A stretch of 28,487 nt of DNA from a virus. Taxonomy: Duplodnaviria > Caudoviricetes. Shown piece after piece: positions 25,375 to 28,487 of the stretch. How positions within the stretch are numbered: position 1 is the first letter of the stretch; each line of letters starts with the position of its first letter. The stretch covers positions 1 to 28,487 of IMG/VR virus record IMGVR_UViG_3300044728_000033; one strand, written 5' to 3'. The notes under the pieces were generated by a model, which had not been told where the DNA came from, searched no databases, and was given only the letters and a program-made list of their open reading frames with translations. Both the position numbers and the translations under genes were made by a program.

Positions 25375-26504
25375 TGGGCAAGAAGTCAGGACCGCCGCCC
25401 CCGCCCGACTACTCGGCGATGGCCGAGAAGACGGCCGCGTCGAGCCAGGAAGCGCAGACCCGTGCCGACTGGGCGAACCGGCCCGATCAGGTAACACCCT
25501 GGGGCTCCCAGAAGTGGGAGTCGCAGGCGATGGTCGACCCGGCCACGGGCAAGACCGTCACCAAGTGGGTCCAGAACACCACCGTCGACCCGAAGATGCA
25601 GGAGGCGCTCGACGCCCAGCAGAACGTCGACAACGCCAAGAGCCAGCTTGCCCAGGCGCAGATCGGCCGCGCTGGCGAGGCGATGGCGAACGAATTCGAC
25701 TGGAACAACCTCGCCAAGGGTGGGCAGGCGGTCGCGGCACGCGAGACGGACCCCAACGCCTTCATGTCGAGCGGTGCAGGCCAGGGCATCATGGGCAACC
25801 TGGGCAAGACCAACGTCACCCAGGCCGGTGGCGATCTCGGGCGGCAGCGCACCGAGCAGGCGCTGATGGCGCGCATGCAGCCGCAGAACGACCGGGCCAT
25901 GTCCCAGCTTGAGGGCAAGCTGCAGAACATGGGGCTCACCCGTGGCAGCGAAGCCTGGAAGCAGGAGATGCAGAACCTGCAGGACAACCAGTCGCGGCAG
26001 GCGTTCGACGCCATGCAGACGGCCGGTGGCGAGCAGCAGCGCAACTACCAGATGGAATTGCAGGGCCAGGGCCAGCAGTTCCAGCAGGACCTCGCCGGGG
26101 CGCAGTTCCAGAATCAGGCACAAGCCCAGGGCTTCGGCCAGGGCATGGCGCAGAACCAGCAAAACTTCGGGATGATGTCTGGTGCGAACCAGCAGAATTT
26201 CCAGCAGGACCTGTCGGCCTCGCAGTACGCCAACACCCTGCGGCAGCAGCAGATCGCCGAGCAGATGCAGAAGCGGGCGATGCCGCTCAACGAGATGAAC
26301 GCGCTGCTGACCGGTGCCCAGGTGGCGATGCCGACGATGCCGAGCTTCAACGCCTCGCAGTCGGCTGGCGGCGTCAACTACTCGGGCGCGGCCAAGGACC
26401 AGTACAGCGCAGGCATGGACGCCTACAACGCGAAGCAGCAGCAGAGCCAGAGCTTGATGTCCGGCATCGGGTCGGTCGCAGGCATCGCGGCGATGGCAAT
26501 GTAA
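25374..26504 (+). CDS. DNA ejection/pilot (internal virion) protein
   Basis: MGKKSGPPPPPDY...NRPDQVTPWGS N-terminus, Gln/Ala-rich helical body and a hydrophobic Gly/Ala C-terminus. Confidence 0.7.
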   Translation: MGKKSGPPPPPDYSAMAEKTAASSQEAQTRADWANRPDQVTPWGSQKWESQAMVDPATGKTVTKWVQNTTVDPKMQEALDAQQNVDNAKSQLAQAQIGRAGEAMANEFDWNNLAKGGQAVAARETDPNAFMSSGAGQGIMGNLGKTNVTQAGGDLGRQRTEQALMARMQPQNDRAMSQLEGKLQNMGLTRGSEAWKQEMQNLQDNQSRQAFDAMQTAGGEQQRNYQMELQGQGQQFQQDLAGAQFQNQAQAQGFGQGMAQNQQNFGMMSGANQQNFQQDLSASQYANTLRQQQIAEQMQKRAMPLNEMNALLTGAQVAMPTMPSFNASQSAGGVNYSGAAKDQYSAGMDAYNAKQQQSQSLMSGIGSVAGIAAMAM

Positions 26505-26519
26505 CCCCAGGAGATAGAG

Positions 26520-26999
26520 ATGGCTGACGACATCACGATGGCAGCGCCTGCGAACATGCAGCCCCAGAACGAGGAGATGCTCCTCAAGCACCTGATGGGC
26601 CAGGGCGTGCATAACGCGGCCGACAAGAGCATCGCCAAGAAGCAGGCGATGCTGAACCAGTTGCGCCAGACGACTGAGCTTCCCGGCATGATCCAGGGCG
26701 GCGGCGCTCGCACGGTCCAGGCAGCGCACCCCCTGTCGGCCATCGCCAACGTCGCCGGTCAGGTGATGGGGGCGCAGCAGCAGCGGGGGCTGAACGACGA
26801 GTCGGCCAACGTGATGGGCAACCGGCGCTCCGACCTCGCCAACCTCCAGTGGCAGCAGCAGCAGGCCAAGGATTACGCCGCCATCGGCAAGAATCCCGAC
26901 GGCAGCCCGATGCAGCCCCGGCCCGGTGCCGTGCCCCCGGTGATGCCCCAGGCTGCGCCGCCGATGATGGACCCGACGCAGACCTTCGGTGGCCCCTGA
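26520..26999 (+). CDS. Putative ejection/internal virion protein
   Basis: 159 aa, Gln/Met/Pro-rich, with AGGAG RBS, within the ejection cluster. Confidence 0.55.
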   Translation: MADDITMAAPANMQPQNEEMLLKHLMGQGVHNAADKSIAKKQAMLNQLRQTTELPGMIQGGGARTVQAAHPLSAIANVAGQVMGAQQQRGLNDESANVMGNRRSDLANLQWQQQQAKDYAAIGKNPDGSPMQPRPGAVPPVMPQAAPPMMDPTQTFGGP

Positions 27000-27008
27000 G
27001 GAGTCGAG

Positions 27009-28487
27009 ATGTACGAGGACGTAATCAGCACGATCCTCGGGGACCTTCAGCAAGCCCCGAGCCCTGGCGCAGCGCGTGTAAATGCGCTGCGTGGTCAGCC
27101 GGGCTCGTTCGCCGACATGAGTCAGCCCGGCCCGCCCGAGATGCCGCCGCCCGGCATGCCCCCGCCGCCGCGCCAGCCCGGCCCGCCGTCGTTCGTCGCC
27201 AACGGTCCTGGCGGCGGCGTGCTGCCGCCTGGGCAGGCCGCTGGTGCGCCCCAGGGCGGCCCGTCGCCGCAGGGTGGTGCCACGGGGTCCTGGGGCGATC
27301 CCGAGCCCAACACGGGCGGCCAGACCGGCTCCTGGGGGCCGCCGCCTGGACCGGTCCCGCCCGCTGGACCGGTCCCGCCCGCTGGACCGCCGACCGGCGG
27401 CCTGGACATGGCGACCGGTCGGAGCCCTCAGAACGGCCCAGGAGGCGCTGGAAGCTCCTCAGGCGGGGTTGGTATCACCGTGGGCGCTGGAGCGCCAGGG
27501 CGGCCCGCTCCGGCCGGTCCTGACCCCCTCGCGGCCGAGTACGCCGACATCGTCCGCCGCCAGAAGGAAGCCGAGCAGCAGGAGCAGGACCTCCTCAAGC
27601 CGGTCGACCGGCGCGAGATGGAGCGGATGTACGGTCGCCGGGCCGAGTCGGGGAACACCAAGATGCTGCTCGCCCTGGCGGCGCAGCAGGCCGGGGACGA
27701 GTACGCCCCGTTCCAGGCTCAGTTCCTGAAGCAGGCCGCCGAAGCCGAAGCACCGATGAAGGTGACGGGCGGGACGATGACAGCCCAGGGCTTCATCCCC
27801 GACGCCGACTTCGAGCGCGAGAAGGCCATCGTCCGCGTCCAGGCGCGGCTGCAGTCCCTCGCCAACGCCAGGGCGCACGTCCTCACCAAGCAGTCGGACA
27901 ACGAGCTTCGCCGCCAGCAGATGGAGTCGCAGGAGGAGATGAAGCGGCTGATGCTGGGGCAGACGGCCGCCATCGCCAACATGCAGAGCGCCGACCGCCG
28001 GTACGGTATCGACATGGCGCACGCGGATCGCCAGGACCGTGCCGCTGGAGCCAAGGGTGCAGGCAGCGGCAAGGGCACGGCCGACCCGCAGACGATCCTG
28101 AACCTGCTCGACCGCGCAGAGGCGCACCTGGGCAACGCCACCGGGTCCGGCGCTGGAGCCCTGGTCGACAAGGGTGTCGGCTTCTTCGGCGGCTCGACGA
28201 AGGGCATGGTGGCCGCCGGGCCGCTGAAGGTGATCGCAGGCAACCTGACGATGGCCCAGCCCCGGATGGAAGGGCCGCAGTCGGACAAGGACACCGCCCT
28301 CTACAAGGAGATGGCGGGCAACCTCGCCGACGACACGCTGCCCGTCAACGTGCGGATGAGCGCCCTCAAGGAGATGCGCCTGATCGCCAACCGGTACAAG
28401 TCCGGCTACTGGGCACCTCCGGGTTACAAGCCCCCGCCTGGATTCAAGGTCGACAGCGGCACGGGCGGCCAGACCGGCGGCGGCGGC
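27009..28487 (+). CDS. Putative large ejection/internal virion protein (runs off the right edge)
   Basis: Open from ATG 27009 (MYEDVISTILGDLQQ...) to the window end. Pro/Gly-rich N-terminus, helical middle, and PRMEGPQSDKD motif. Confidence 0.7.
   Translation, partial: MYEDVISTILGDLQQAPSPGAARVNALRGQPGSFADMSQPGPPEMPPPGMPPPPRQPGPPSFVANGPGGGVLPPGQAAGAPQGGPSPQGGATGSWGDPEPNTGGQTGSWGPPPGPVPPAGPVPPAGPPTGGLDMATGRSPQNGPGGAGSSSGGVGITVGAGAPGRPAPAGPDPLAAEYADIVRRQKEAEQQEQDLLKPVDRREMERMYGRRAESGNTKMLLALAAQQAGDEYAPFQAQFLKQAAEAEAPMKVTGGTMTAQGFIPDADFEREKAIVRVQARLQSLANARAHVLTKQSDNELRRQQMESQEEMKRLMLGQTAAIANMQSADRRYGIDMAHADRQDRAAGAKGAGSGKGTADPQTILNLLDRAEAHLGNATGSGAGALVDKGVGFFGGSTKGMVAAGPLKVIAGNLTMAQPRMEGPQSDKDTALYKEMAGNLADDTLPVNVRMSALKEMRLIANRYKSGYWAPPGYKPPPGFKVDSGTGGQTGGGG
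27347..27387 (+). repeat. 18-bp in-frame tandem repeat (GPVPPA units)
   Basis: TGGACCGGTCCCGCCCGC occurs twice, followed by a partial third copy. Confidence 0.8.

Noticed and set aside
1350-26955. Very frequent GCCTGGGG/CCCCAGGC in coding regions as a dedicated repeat family
   Set aside because: It occurs in both orientations and is plausibly a by-product of CCCGGG avoidance. Only the intergenic, promoter-aligned copies were kept.
1-28487. tRNA, integrase, reverse transcriptase/DGR, endolysin or tape-measure genes
   Set aside because: No such motifs were recognised in this window. Lifestyle and lysis module cannot be determined from it.

Overview
The window is a ~28.5 kb piece of a GC-rich tailed dsDNA phage with a podovirus-like gene set, arranged as two divergent arms. 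The left arm (1-~9.1 kb, minus strand) holds early and replication genes: the 5' end of a family-A DNA polymerase, a putative ssDNA-binding protein, a Cas4-like/DUF2800 exonuclease, a GIY-YIG-like protein, a SprT-like metalloprotease, a HicA-like protein, a DUF6011 protein, many small ORFs and an AT-hook/RHH-like regulator. A repeat-rich non-coding switch region (~9.1-9.44 kb) separates it from the plus-strand late arm. The late arm runs TerS, SAM methyltransferase, three tiny membrane ORFs, TerL, portal, a large protein with HhH-GPD glycosylase-like motifs, FmdB zinc ribbon, scaffold, major capsid, decoration/fiber proteins, adaptor, nozzle, GNAT and ejection proteins. The features not explained by the genes are (i) a dispersed GCRTGTAAATG element that can fold as a GUAA-tetraloop hairpin and is written into late ORFs with rare codons, (ii) a dispersed 18-bp pseudo-palindromic operator-like box (8 copies), (iii) further promoter-associated and start-associated repeats, and (iv) apparent complete avoidance of SAGCTS and RGATCY. 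All product calls come from reading motifs and synteny by eye; no searches were run.
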